This document shows, one piece after another, positions 35,180-48,840 of a DNA stretch of 64,000 nt (position 1 is the stretch's first letter; the number at the start of each line of letters is the position of its first letter). Below the pieces are notes generated by a model. It saw only the letters and a list, made by a program, of their open reading frames with translations. It searched no databases and was not told the DNA's origin. This DNA is from Eledone cirrhosa (Eukaryota): positions 163,184,001-163,248,000 of the forward strand of contig OZ024740.1 of the NCBI GenBank assembly GCA_964016885.1. The letters run 5' to 3'. The position numbers and the translations under genes were made by a program.

Positions 35180-37939
35180 AGTCATGTTATTTCTGAATCA
35201 TTAAGCTCATATAGCAACAGACTAAATGTAAGACAGTATTCAGATTTTGTCATAGATTCTGAAAATATATCCAGCAATTTTTTTTATCATACAGATGTCA
35301 ATAAAATGAATACCAGAAATACACTAGGGTCAATTCAATCAGCTACATCCCTTGCTGACAAAGAAATAGCTTTGTGTCAAAATGGAACAAAATGTCAGTG
35401 GCAAACAGGGTAATAGTTAAAAAATGAGAATATGGAGGTAATTAATGGCTGAAAACAAGATGTGGTAGGAGATAATTTAAAAGGTCATTAATTGTAAAGG
35501 GCTACGAATAAAAAAAAAATGGTAATAGGAAGAACTACAGATAGAACAGAGTAGCTGCTTTGGATCATATGAGAAAGTTATGTTCTATGATATATAGTTA
35601 TTTTTAGGAAACAGTATGCTACTATCTGAATAAGGTGGGAAGAACCCTTTTATTATCAGAGGCAAACTACAAGTAAACAAGAACCTGAGAGAGTGCATCT
35701 ATACTAAGGAAAATAATGAATCTAGGGGATGTGCATACCCCAGTTTTTAGAATCGGTACACCATATCCCTGTATATTGAAAGAGGTAACTAAAAGGGTTG
35801 ACATCAGGAAGGGAATCCAACAGTAAAATATTATCTCAAACAATCTTGTTCAAAACCCATGCTAGCATGGAAAAGAGGACATTAAAATGATGAAAACTTG
35901 TATTCAATTACCATTGTGATTTTAAAGATAACATTGTTTTTGTTGTTGTTTTGTTACCATATAAATTTCAAATTTGCAGACAAGATGTTCCTCGCCAGTG
36001 GTATAAATGAACACTTGTTCAACTGAGTTCTTCAAATTTAAATATAAACTGAATACAAAACTTAGTTTGCTTGAAAAATAACACCTATAGAGTGGTGCTA
36101 CCAATGAATAACAACAGTATGTCTTGACAGTAGAAATAGGTTTCTAATATCCATCCATAGAAATAATCAATTCATTATTTTATTTATTGTTTAGAAATAA
36201 TACCTGCCACTTATATTGGATGAATTCTGTTTGTTTTGATTGTCAAAAAAGTCTCATGAAATATTGGAGTGTATCTTTATTTATATGAGTGTTCCATCTA
36301 ACATTTGTTCCAATTATGTATCATTTTATAAAATATAATCTTATTCAAAGAGTAAGAAACAAACCAAAAGAAAATATTGAGAACAATTAAGTTGTATAGA
36401 ATAGAACATACTGAACAGGCCATTACAAAATTGATCAGAGAAAATCCAAACTTTAGTGAGCTTCAAATCTGCACCATGAATGAGGTTAGAAGTTGACTAG
36501 ACAATCTTTTCCTGTAATTTAGATATTTATGTTTTGATGAAAACCAGCTATTTCGATTTCTTTCATTATTTATTTGATAATCACAATAACAAAAAATGGA
36601 GTATTTTACATACTTATTCTAAGTTATCATGAATCACTTAATATTTCTTAGAGTAGATTACTTTTCTGAATAGATAACCATTCTTTGTGCTGATTACTCT
36701 ATCATGAAGCAAAGCAAAAGATGACATTTCTGATAGAGCAGTCAAGAGATATTCAGGAATAAACCTTTTGAAAAGCAGAGGCTGGTTAAACAAAGTCAGT
36801 CTGGATAGTAAAAGCGAAAAGCAATATGGCTGATCTCTCTTCAATGTGAGATCAGAGCTGTCAATCTACTGAGACTGTTTCGTAATATTACAGGAAATGA
36901 GACAATCATTTATAGGATTTGGAAAATATTTTCTTTCTTATAGCAAAGAAACTGGAAAATAGATTTGAATAACAAAATAAATAATAAAATCAATAAAGTA
37001 CAAAGGTGATCATGGTATATTTACATGTGAATTTTACTAAACTTTCTAGTTACACTAATTCTTAGAAGATTTGGAGTACACATTTCAAAATATATTGTGG
37101 CAAGTAGAGCATGCATTAATTAACTCAAACATCCTGTCATCATATTGCAGAATATATATAAAATGGGTTTATTAATTGAAATGTTTATAGAATCTTTACT
37201 AGTGGACAGATTGTTATGAAAAGTGGACAGATTGTTAGAGTAAAGATTTTAAAATTTAATGTAAGGTAGTTGTAGTGCTGTTTCCTTTTCAAAAATGTCT
37301 TGCTAACAATGTGGTTTCATGCAGTATAGGATGTTAAGACTTAAAGTGTGGGATCTAGTTTCAGTTCAAAGTTACATCTATTCAATTTCACATAGCTGCC
37401 AATGCCTTTGTGAAAGATATGCTTATCATGTAATCTTCCAATCCTTATATATCTGATCATTTCTGTATTTATTAGAAACCATTGAATAAAGCTCTATAAA
37501 AAAAAGAAAAAAAACAACACTTTTTCATCTATATACCTGAAGCAAAATAATTTCAGAAAAAGCTTGCTTTTATTCTTTGAATGGTTTCAGTTCTTGGGCT
37601 GTGGGCATGCTAGGATACCACATACAAGTGATTACATCATTGCCAATATTCATTTAAGGGATCTCACAAGAAGGAAAGGCAAAGATTTTATTTAGCAGAA
37701 AAAAACCTGATTCTATTGTCATCTGGTAAATAGTCATGCTCAATATGCAGTAGAAGAATCGGTAAAAATTCCATATGGTGTATGCAATGTAAACTAAGGC
37801 TGCAATGGGATCACAGGCAAACTGACAAAGAAATAGGAATTCTTATGTAGTTGATTGTAATAACAACAAAAATGAAATATATTCAATGAAATGCTGGGAG
37901 AAGTGATAGGGAGCTACACAGATGTGCTTCACCACCTTT

Positions 37940-38466
37940 ATTATTGAGGTGATCTAATTAGCAGCGGAGAAGATTGTTCTAAATGCGTCGTAACCAGAAT
38001 AAGAATGATGTGAAAAAATTCAGGGAATTATTACTTCTGCTGGCAAATAAAAGGATTCTCTTTGTGAAAAAAGGAAAAATTCTATGATGCTTGTGTACAA
38101 AGTTTAGTGTTGCATGGTAATGAAATATGGAGACTGAATGTGGAAGATGTGCAATCTAAAAAGAATTGAGGTGAACATGCTCTGTTAGATATTAGCGAGC
38201 ATAAATGAGCTGCAAAAAAATAATGGATATAAGGGGAATCAAATACAGTGTGCAAGAAAGAAGACTGCTGGTAGACACATGGTGCACACAATGGGTGACA
38301 ACTGGGGAAAAAGTTCCAAACAATTAAAGACTGTACAGAAGAAAAAGGTCAAAGAAAACATAAGAAGTAGTAGTAATGAAAGGTGATTTCCGGAAGCAAA
38401 ACTTGACAAAGTTGACGAAAAACTACAGCATGCAAGCATAAAAAAAAGTCTAATGATGATGATGAT
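37940..38466 (+). pseudogene. Highly degraded RTE 3' fragment
   Basis: Remnants KKFRELLLLLANK, YDACVQSLVLHGNEIW and VQERRL; (TGA)n tail. Confidence 0.7.
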
Positions 38467-39349
38467 TAACTATCAGTTCCCTTTCCAGCTAATAACTATC
38501 ATTGATATAACATTTACATAAGCATAATAATTATTCATCAATTAATAGTGTTACCAGTAATGAAATTAGCAAATCAATATAACAGTATTAAAACTAATTT
38601 AACTTCTAAGATAAGTTAGTGGTTATAATAAATTGAAATTCCTTGCCAAGATATCTAAATGAATAGGGAATAATTTCAGTGACATTTAAATCAGAAGTAT
38701 ATCTTTTCTCTCTCACCTGCTATCTCTCTTTCACTCTCTCTCCCTTATTAAACATATAACAAAATTGTCATTACTTTCTCACCAAAACATTCTTCATAGT
38801 TTATACTAATTGCTGAAGTTGTTCAACCATTTTTGTATTGGAACTGTATTTACCAAACAAGAAAAATAAAGAAAAAAAAAGTCAACAATCATTAAACAAG
38901 TAAAAAATATATCTGGAAACATTAGCCTATTAAATATATTTTTTCTATACGTTTAAATAACTACAGTTCATAGTTTTGAAAATATAAATTAACAAACAAA
39001 AATAAACATCAAAATTACAACCATTTAAAGATCAATAAAACTTAAGTTTAAATCAATTAGAATTGATTGGAATACTAGAAAATATTACTTCTTAACTATC
39101 AGTCATTACTATTCTATTTTTAGTACACCATCCATAGATACACATTAAATTGAATGCAGAAGAGAATTTAATTGAATTGACTGGAAATTTATTTATTTAT
39201 TTATTTATTGACATCAAAAGGACGAAAGACAAAGTTGACCTCAGTCGTATTTGAACTCAGAACGCAATGAGCTGGAACAAACATCAAAGGTATTTTTAAT
39301 CTGATGCCTTAACAATTGAGCCAATTTGCCACTTTACTATCAAATTAAC

Positions 39350-39598
39350 GTCTAAAGTCTGTCTTAAGCATGAAGGCTCGTTAGACCAGTGCTTATCCAG
39401 GTTTCATGGAGTGAAGCGACTGAGAGTACAAGACTTCCCCACTGGATAGGATGCCAGTCCATGACAGGGTTAAACCCCCAGCTATTGCTGGTATTCATTT
39501 ACAGCTGAGTATACTGGAGCAGAACAGAACCTAGCCCAGGAATCGAACCCATGACATTATGATTATGAGTCTAACACCCTTACCACTAGGCTACACAT
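39350..39598 (-). mobile_element. tRNA/CORE-type SINE with a third tail type
   Basis: Minus strand: TAGCCTAGTGGTAAGGG..GGGTTCGATTCCTGGG head; CATTTACAGCTGAGT CORE remnant; GGATGCCAGTCCATGACAGGG tail block. Confidence 0.65.
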
Positions 39599-39919
39599 GA
39601 TGCTTTGGGATCAGTGGCTTAGGAAGAACCCAGCCTCATCGAGCAAGAGCAAGAAGAAAACTATCAAACTACCTAAAAAAAAACATTGTAATTTAAAGCT
39701 GAAACTAATGTAGTGTTACATAAATAACTATTCAAATCAGAATAGTATTATTTTATCTCAGCAAACTTCCAATAAATTTTTTTGTAACATGATTAAGTTG
39801 ACAATTTTATTCAGGGAGCTTAATAATAGGAAGAAGTTAAATGCAGCATGCTGCATAAATATTGATTTATAATACAAAGACAAGACCTCAAATTAAATTT
39901 AATATGAAGCAAGCATATG

Positions 39920-40192
39920 GCAACCTCTACAGTGTTGGTGGCATGGTACAATACACCCAGTACATTCTGCAAAGTGGTAGTGTTGGTGCTATGATAAAAT
40001 GCTCCCAGTACACACTGTAAAGTGGTATTGTTGTTGCCATGATAAAATATACCCATTAAACTCTGTAAAGTGGTTGCCATTAGGCATTCATCAGAATAAT
40101 CTGCCAGACATAGTTCTCCAGTCTAGTCTTGGACTTTGATAACTCGGTCAACCTAAGTCAGCATGGAAAGTAGACATAAAATTATGATGATG
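39920..40192 (+). mobile_element. Degraded RTE 3'UTR with tandem units
   Basis: Three CCCAGTACAC.CTG.AAAGTGG units and terminal GCATGGAAAGTAGACATAAAATTATGATGATG. Confidence 0.6.
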
Positions 40193-40459
40193 CCTCAAAT
40201 TTGAGGGAAGGGTCAGTACTTGACTAGCATAGCATATATTAAACTTAGGTGAAAGTCATATGGAGCTAGGAATATTATTATTGAAATTAAGAGGTGATGT
40301 ACTGCAGTATGCTAAAAAAAATTCATTAATTGAAATTTCACTATTAGTTGGAGAAAATAAAATAAATACCTAGTGGCAATTTAAACTCAGAGTGCAGTGA
40401 GCTGAAACAAATACTGAAGCATTTAAATCTGACATTCTAATAACTCTACCAATTCACTG

Positions 40460-41390
40460 CCTGATGTCGAACAAATGTTCCCCAAAAGCATCAGCCAATT
40501 TCTGACCAGTTTTCCCTCTATGTAGTAAACCACAGAGCTGTAAAGGAGCAGGTGAAATGATCTATGACATGGAAAGAAAACCCAGATTCATGCTATGTGG
40601 TAATATCTGGACAAAGAGATGGATGTTGCAATGGGTCTGGGAGCAGGCAAAGAAACCAGGCTGATTGTGGTGAAGGGTTAAAGAAATGTGGACCATAAGG
40701 TCACCAAATTATGCAACAACACTAATCAATTCTCCAGTCCACTTCCACCTTGCTGTTTGTAAAGTAAAACAGCATCATGGTACTGCTGTTTTTCTGCCTT
40801 GTCATGACAAACAGTTAATCTTCAACTTGAACACAGATGTTACCTGATAGTATTAATAACTGATTTGCTTTCTTCAAAAACATTACCCACATACACATAA
40901 GCTCTGACAGACCATCACCCTTCTTACTAATTTCTACCCATCAGTCACACATTTCCCCCACCTATCTCCTATAAACCTGTATCCTATGACACCTTGCTAC
41001 TACCACTGTCATAACATGCTTTACACCATGTATTTATTCCCCACTATTGCATACATACACATATACAACCTTACATACTTTACTCCTTATTTGTTCACAC
41101 ACATACATAAATATACTTAACTTCCATGCATTCTCACACACTTGCCAAGCTTATTTCCCTTACTGCACCCAATCTTCTCTGCTGAAAAACTCCTTCTTTG
41201 CTCTATTAAAATTCTGCTTGCTATTTCAACATAGTGTTTATTTTTCCTCACAATTTCCACTTTTCTATTTTTTAACCTTGACGAAAGTCAACTGCCCAAA
41301 AATGTTAATTTCTCTTCCACAGAATAATTTCATTGTACTCTGGTTTGTTGTTTTTCTCTTTTGTTTATTGTTCTGCTTCTACTAATGTCA
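40460..41390. mobile_element. Penelope-like element remnant (GIY-YIG endonuclease plus pseudo-LTR) with inverted 5' segment
   Basis: Minus strand 40680-40460: PGFFACSQTHC..DHFTCS..YI-GETGQKLADAFGEHLFDI (frameshifted). Plus strand ~40810-40875: QLIFNLNT..PDSINN*FAFF. Decayed TGACGAAAG...CCAAAATGTT pLTR motif at ~41278-41310. Confidence 0.65.
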
Positions 41391-41594
41391 TATCTGAATA
41401 TAAGATAAACAATGTCTGAAATGATAGGATGTTCATGGCTAGTATTTATGTGATCATTGGCCTGCTCACCCAGGACTGAACATATGTATCTAAGAAGTTT
41501 GCTTTGCAGGCACATTGCTTAGAGTTTGATCCTTTGGTGTTACAACTTGAGAAAGTGTTATCTTCCATAACCTTGGACTGACCAATGCCTTAAT

Positions 41595-41800
41595 CAATCT
41601 TGTAATTTGGTCCAGATTCAGAAGGGTGAGTGTTCCAACTGTGATCATCTGGCTCTTTTTGTTTTTCAAGCACAGTATATCTACGACTGCATTATTCAAT
41701 GTGTGATTTCTTTTGTTAAAATGGTTGGATGTGATGAAGTAAATTTAGTTACTATTTCTAGCAGGTCGAATGACCACTTCCAGGTTCCTTCATTGGTTTA
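41595..41800 (-). mobile_element. Family A SINE-like repeat
   Basis: TTCCAACTGTGATCATC..TACTATTTCTAGCAGGTCGAATGACCAC..CCTTCATTGG. Confidence 0.6.
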
Positions 41801-42734
41801 TTACATACAGGCCTCTATCTCGGGTGAATATGTTTCTAAAATGAGGGAATTCCACAATGACATTTATAATGGCAATTATATAAATGATGTATAAACCAAT
41901 AAACTATATAATTATAAATTAGTAAATTGGAGGTACTAACATATATACATAATGTATTGAGTTAAGCAATATTAATTAAAATTTCCCCCAGTGAGAAGAA
42001 TCAAATATTTTCCTAATTACTAACTTTGGACATAAAAAGGCAAGTGAAAATTTAAATGAATTAAAATTGATTTTATATAAAATGCAGGAGTGAAAACTGA
42101 GGCCATGTTTTCATCTTACTACACCTTATCAGTAAAGCATAATCTAACCATTGTTATAGATTATAGAATGATTATAGAAGTATAGGATTTTTATGAATGA
42201 ACACTGAGTGGCTTTGTAACTTAAATTATTTGTTCTTGTTGCCTATTGCATGAAAAACAGCTACTAAAGGGAGTTAATATACTAATACACAATGTAGTCA
42301 GTAAAGACATTTTAATTAATTAAAATTACACCCTTAGTGACAACAAACAATTATCTTAATGTCCTACTCTGGTAAAGAAAGGCTGAGAAAACTTCAAGTT
42401 CTCTATTTACTAAAATTATATAATAATATATTATGCTGTAAAATTATGAATATTAGAATAATCACACTAAATGTGATAAGTAACTATACAGTATCAAAAT
42501 ATTAGTATCAAATTTGTTTCAAAGGAACCCATAGCTGAAATAAAATGTGTTTTCATGAGCTCAAACAGAAATTGAGTAACCTAAGCTTTAGATTGAAAGT
42601 TATATATTGCAGTAAATCATCTCTGCAATAAAAATCAATATTTGTCCAAGCTCTAATAAATAGGGCATAGCTAAGCAATGAATTAAGACAAAACAATTGC
42701 TTCTTTTGAGTCTTTTGAGAGAAGAATGTATACA

Positions 42735-42925
42735 TTCTTGTTTAACCCCAGGTCAGCTCTGATCAAATAAACTCATGATCAAAGTGTTTCAGCCATAATT
42801 CTCCCATCTTATCTTAAACTTCATCACCCAGTGTGTTGTTCTGATTTTAATATAGTAAGGTATGATATTTAGGGGAAATAGCTGCCGCTTCTAGTGACTA
42901 TATACAGGATCCTTTGTTGGTTCAT
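42735..42925 (-). mobile_element. Family A SINE-like repeat
   Basis: TTGTTTAACCCCAGGTCAGCTCTGATC..ATGATCAAAG..TTTGTTGGTTCATC. Confidence 0.6.
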
Positions 42926-43299
42926 CTATTTTACAAAGATGTAAGTTTTATAGCAATCTTCCTATGAGTTAAGTAAGAATACAAATAAGTAACAAAAAAA
43001 TAAATAGATAGAAATAATAGAATAAATAAAATCTAGTTTTGCTAATTTTTTACACAAAATTTGACATTTAAAATATAAATTTCATTTAAACAATGAAAAT
43101 AAACAGTGGCATGAGAAATGAGCACATCAATATATGCAGAGAGAGATGGTGAGTAAGAAACGTGCTGTGAGCTTATATTAGAAAGTTTTTGTAGTGGAGG
43201 GAGATCAGAGATACCTTTAAAACAGATTGAGTCAAGCATATCGGGTCTCAAGGATTAGACAACACAGAATCGGGACACATAGTATCAATAATGTAGATC

Positions 43300-43450
43300 C
43301 CAAGCAAAGAAATGAGCAACTACATAGTCTTCTCAAATAGGAAAGGGCTCATTGGATTATGTAACTCTGGAAGCATACTGCTGGGTCATGGCTTGAATGC
43401 GTGTGATCCTGGATCTGTTTGATTAGAGCTGTTCTAGAGCTAAACAACAA
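43300..43450 (+). mobile_element. Family A SINE-like repeat (3' part)
   Basis: CATTGGATTATGTA..GGTCATGGCTTGAATGC..GCTAAACAACAA. Confidence 0.5.
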
Positions 43451-44124
43451 TATATTGCAGATCTTAAGTGCTAAAATAATGATATGATGATGATACTGGA
43501 AGTACTATGAAGACTTGGAAAATGAATCAGTGTGATAAGAAAGTCCATATAACTTGCTTTTTTTTTTATCAATTTTTAAAAATATCTAACAAGTTTAACA
43601 ATGCAATTTAATGAACATATTAATAGTACAGTTGTATCTAAGTCTAACAAATCTTTTTTGCACTGAATTTTGTTGGAAAAACTGAATATTTCATATCTAA
43701 ATCCATTGATTTTAGTAAAGCAAGCCTACTGTTATAATTAGGTTTTCAAGAATTTATTGAAAAAATTCTTTTTAAGATGACTGCTGTTAGTAAATGGCAT
43801 TTAATTAATTTCATCAGATTTTTATGTATATTCTACAATACTAACAGTTGAAAATGCCATTTTATTATTAACCATCAATCACTAAGATAGTGGCGAAATG
43901 TATTTAATAATGGTCTTTGATACGCTTTTATATTAAATAGTTTATTCATTTACTGGTTTTGGACTGCAGCCATTTGGGGCCACCTCATTCTTCAAGTCCG
44001 GTATTTATTTCATTAATCTCTTTTTATAAAGCCATTAAGTTACGGAACATAAGCACAGGTACAAATATAAACACAGACATTGGGCATACACACATGTACA
44101 TACATTCATACACACACACACACA

Positions 44125-44275
44125 CACAATGGGATTCTGCAGTTTCTATCTACCAAATTTCACTCAAAGTATTGGTAAATTCAAGGCTGTTGTAGAAGAC
44201 ACTTTTCCAAAGTGCTGTAGAATGGGACTGAACCAGGAAGCATACAAACTCCTTAACCACACAGCCATGCCTGTG
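44125..44275 (-). mobile_element. CORE-type SINE (short form)
   Basis: CAGTTTCTATCTACCAAATTTCACTCAAAG..GAAGACACTTTTCCAAAGTG..GGGACTGAACC..CTTAACCACACAGCCATGCC; related copies near 22640, 48185, 55100 and 58205. Confidence 0.65.
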
Positions 44276-45547
44276 TTTATGGTTAGATTAACTCTTAGCT
44301 ATTGGCACAGTTAAGAAAATATATTTCCAATTAAGTCTGGATGTCACTTGATCCAACAAGCAATATGTCAAGTGTACCATTTCAAATACTATTGATTAGA
44401 CTTAGTGGCACTAATTCCTCATTTTTCAGAAAACAGGTGATTGTAAAATTGCTTTATAATAAAATATATTGCTAATGAATATTTGGATTAATACTTCAAA
44501 AACAATCTAGTATTCAATTAAATATATATCAATATATCAAGTGAGCATATATATTCAATGCTATATATAGCAGAGTGCTTTAGATAGCATAAGTTTATAA
44601 AGAGGCAGCAAATTGTATTAGATTTGACGCTCTCTGAAGGCATATGGCTTAGTGGTTAGATAATTGGACTGGGCGATGCATTATATCAGAAATATTGTTT
44701 CCTTGGTCTTTCTTTTGCTGACACTATCTATGGGTCACAACTCCTGGCAGTAAAAGCAATATCAAATAAAGTGTCTTGCTCAAGCATATAGACTAGACAA
44801 AACATATTTTTAATTTTATTAAATGTTGTGAAACTATTATAAAATATATAAATTGCATGCTGTTCAGTCTTTCTAAAATGAATATGAGACATTAAAGTTG
44901 AAACTATGCTATCTACATCAACTGGGAAATGCATCATATTGATTTATCATGCTTTTAAGAGGTTTGTTTCACAACCATTAGGTCATGGATTCGATTCCAT
45001 GGTGTAGCATCTACCATAGTCCCAATATTTTGCCACGATAGTAAGCAAAATTAATTACTCAAAGAACATGTATAGGGTTCAATTTCACTGAAACTCACAA
45101 TTGATCTTGGACAAATACTTTTACCATGTGAGTGGAATTAGACCATCATATGTGTGTGTTTGTATGTTTATGTTTACATCAGTCTAAAACTGGTGTTGTT
45201 TATGGTGCATTCTTTTATGTCCCATAATGTAGAGGTAAATATAGGTTGATAGAATAATACCAGAATCAATATGATTGACTAAAGCTTTTGAAGGTTGTGC
45301 TCCAGCAAGACCATAGTCTGAAACTGGTAAAAGAATAAAACAAAATATTGAAGAAAAATATATATTTTTCTGCTTCGTTAAAATAGACTGTTCCCTTTGG
45401 GACACAAAAGACTCAGTTGACTGAATATTTTTATAGAACCACTTATAATAATAATGCATGGAAACCTAATAAATGAATGAAACAGATGAAGTAGGTAAAA
45501 CAACAGAAAATTTTTTTTTTTTCATAATTCAAGAATCTCTATATATT

Positions 45548-45760
45548 GATTTCTAATTTAGACAAGGCCAGCAAATATGGGGGGTGGGGTAAAGTTAATT
45601 AAATCAGCCCTAGTATTTGACTGGTACTGTATTTTATTGAGCCCAGAGGATGAAAGGCAAGTTGACTTCATCAGGATTTGAACTCAGAATGTAAAGAGCC
45701 AGAACAAATGCCAAGATGACATTTTATCTGATGCTCTAACAATTCTGCCAATACACCACC
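45548..45760 (-). mobile_element. Family N SINE (older subfamily)
   Basis: ACAAGGCCAGC..CTGGTACT..GGATGAAAGGCAAGTTGAC..GGATTTGAACTCAGAATG..AATTCTGCCAA. Confidence 0.75.
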
Positions 45761-46340
45761 ATGAGAATCTCTAGATATTAAAAATCAGTTGATCAAAACA
45801 CTTAAAAAAAGAACATAAGATAACAACTTGAACAACATTAAACAGACAATACACTGGCTTCTGAAATCACCATTATATTAGATCAATATTTTCAACCATT
45901 TTTCTATAACAACACTAATCTCTCAATTCACCATATTACACTGTCAGGGTAAACATATCATCATATATAGTAGAAACAACATCATGTCATATATCTTAAT
46001 CTGTGACACCTATACTCATTTTCAGATATTACAGTGAGTAATTTTCTGTGCATCTTACAGTTTTGAACATACAGTCAGAACATTTTCAAAAAAACTGTAC
46101 AATTCTTAACATCTTGTTCTGCACGAAACCTCATCACTTAATGAAAGAGAGAAAACTCTAAACCCTACACTATTATTCTTTTCCTAAGTTTACTAAGCCC
46201 CCAGAGAACTCAACATCATACCTATACCAAAACATCAGTGTATCAGGTTGTAATGAAGTGCAGTCAGTTTTTTTTTTTAAGTAAATCTTACGTTAGATTT
46301 AAAGGTGTTTCACTTCTCAATTATAATTAGAATAAATAAT

Positions 46341-46449
46341 TGTTTCTACTTTTGGCACAAGGCCAGCAATTACCCAGTGTATTACTGGTACTTTATTTTA
46401 TCGACCCCGAAAGGCAAAGTTAACCTCGGCAGGATTTGAACTCAGAATA
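46341..46449 (-). mobile_element. Truncated family N SINE nested in the mariner
   Basis: 18-bp TSD ATAATTAGAATAAATAAT (46323-46340 and 46450-46467). Confidence 0.85.
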
Positions 46450-46539
46450 ATAATTAGAATAAATAATAATTACTAATATGTTTCATTTTCTTTAAAATTT
46501 TATCAAATTTATCTTTATTGAAGCTGTTATATTGGTACC

Positions 46540-47135
46540 ATGTTCACTCCAAGCAAAGAATACATTTGTCATGTTATTCCTTATGAAATTTTAAAATGTA
46601 ATAGTGCAAGTGTAGCAGTAAAATCACTCCAGAACACTTATGGAAATGGTGTAGTGACTGAAAGAACATGTAGGAGATGGTTTTCACGATTCAGAAATGG
46701 GGACTACAGCCTGCAGGATGAATCAAGAGAAGGGAGCCCAAGAGGGGTGGGTTCTGATTCATTGGAAGTCACTGTTGATGCAAACATGACTGTTACAGTT
46801 TGGGAAATAAGCATGGACTTCAATGTGAGTCATAGCCCATTCATCATGAATTGAAAAAGCTTAGTAAAGTGTCAAAGTTTGGAAAATGGGTTCCACATGA
46901 TCTCTCTCCTAACAATCACAAATAACATGTTGCCTGCTGAGCATCACTGCATTCTCGTGAGCTGCAAATGCCTTTTTTGAACAGAATCATGACTAGAGAT
47001 GAGAAATGGATACTTTACCATAACAAGTTAGTTTCCATTTTTAGTTCAAAACCTAAAGAATTTTATGAACGTAGCATTAAAAAGCTTACTGGTAGATGGA
47101 GAGAGAGGTCATAGAGAATAATGGTCACAGTAACG
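46540..47135 (+). pseudogene. Mariner transposase remnant
   Basis: HTH region (TYGNGVVTERTCRRWFSRFRNGDYSLQDESREG), GKWVPHDL, and FLNRIMTRDEKWILY (first D of the catalytic triad), then a deletion to the C-terminal KPKEFYERSIKKLTGRW. Confidence 0.88.
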
Positions 47136-47538
47136 ATTAAATAAATCCGATATTGTATTTTTTGTTTTATTGAGCCTTAAAAAATTGAGAGAACTTCATT
47201 AGAACCTAATATATAGGCACTTTTATATAAGGGTCTTGAACATAAACAGATTTTAAATAGAACAGAGTTAGGGGACGAGTTGACCATGTAAGATGTGGGG
47301 CCCCTGTACTTTTAAATATATATCTTTTTATAATACTCTGAGTCTTATTAAACACCTGTTCGACTTCTGAGGCACTCTTAAGCAAGTCTGCAATACCATA
47401 AGGTGCCAAAGTATCTCAAGTTTAAAATCCTTAGATTAGATGGTTATCATCATCATTATCATCATCATCACTGTTTCAAATCTATTTTCCATGCTGGCAA
47501 TGGGTGAACTTACACTGGCTAGACACAAGAACAAGTTT

Positions 47539-47760
47539 CTAACCCTTTTATTACCATATTTCTATTGAAATAGACAGTCTATGATTTTCAAGTAATTTTG
47601 AAAATAATCAGAAATTTGGAGGGATTAAGATAACTAATTGTATCATTATTAAGTTGATGCTTGGTACATAACTTAACAAAGTCTTTACATCAAAACTATA
47701 AACATTTCAAGATAAAGGATTTTGTATTGTAGGACCAAGGATGTTTTCAAGTGGTTTTTT
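47539..47760. mobile_element. TTAA MITE family B (degraded)
   Basis: CTAA-CCCTTTTATTACCATATTTCTATTGAAATA... Confidence 0.55.
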
Positions 47761-48644
47761 ATCTGAAGCAGGAAACTGAATTAAAATTAACACTTGAACC
47801 CATGCTAGCATGGAAAATGGATGTTAAACGATGGTGATGATGACGATGATATTAATGGTACTTATCTTGTATGAAGTATAAAAAGAAAAACTGACCTTGA
47901 CAGGGATCTGAAATCAGAAACAAAGAGCTCAAAATAGGGTAACATCCAATTTAATTTACTATATTGTTTGTACCACCCTTTAAATGCAAATTGCATGTGA
48001 ATATTCTTTTTCTCTTCCAAAGTCTTTAAACTTTGGAGTAAGGAAACCAGATTAACACTGACTAAACCCAAAGCAATTACAGATTAGTGACATGAGCAAA
48101 TGTTAAGCCTAATCCTATCTAACTTGAATTGAAGTAAGCTATAATATAAACAATAATGTCATTAAGTTTATTCTTAATTTGGTAGGCACACACATGGCTG
48201 TGTGGTTAAAAAGTTTGCTTCACAACCAGGCAGTTTTAGATTTGGAATCACTATGTGGAAATGCCTTCTATATGCCTTGTCAGGATAATTTGGTAGATCA
48301 AAACTATGCAGAAGCCTATCATGTAATCATGTATATGTATGTGTGTATGTGCGTGTGTTTATATATATATATGAATATATGAATATGTTAAAATGAATGC
48401 TGCGATTTTTAAAAGAAACGACATCAAGGCCTTGACTTTGTCAATCATCCAAGTGTTTAAAGATATTTTCCAACTTACAAGATTCTTTTTTTCTAATAAC
48501 TAACACAAGCCAAATGAATAAGTTATTGGCCTCTCTGACATAGAATTATGGGTTCTTACATATAGTGTTATGTCCTGAGTAAGAGAGTTAGTGTTAATTA
48601 GAAAGAAAAGGTTAAAAGGTCCCTTCTGGATTGAGAGGAGATAT

Positions 48645-48840
48645 GCTGTTGTTGTTTTGCTGTAGGTCAGTCTTGATTGAGCAGACAGACCTATGATCAA
48701 GGACATTCTAGCTTTGTCCAGCTCAAGGGCATCTAGAACTACATTATCTAATGTTTCTTTTACATTTTTTAAAAGTCAATTGGTGTTTGTTTCTGCTATT
48801 TCCAACAGGTTGAATGATCACACAGAAGCTCCATCCTCAA
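48645..48840 (-). mobile_element. Family A SINE-like repeat
   Basis: GTTGTTGTTTTGC..AGGTCAGTCTTGATTGAGCAGACAGACCTATGATCAAGG..TGCTATTTCCAACAGG. Confidence 0.6.

Larger units (their letters stand above)
46243..47209 (+). mobile_element. Mariner (Tc1/mariner) transposon, internally deleted
   Basis: TA-TCAGGTTGTAATGAAGT... and ...ACTTCATTAGAACCTAA-TA TIRs with TA TSD. Confidence 0.88.

Noticed and set aside
46540-46854. Possible domesticated SETMAR-like host gene
   Set aside because: Lies between mariner TIRs, is followed by stops and a large deletion, and has no SET domain.
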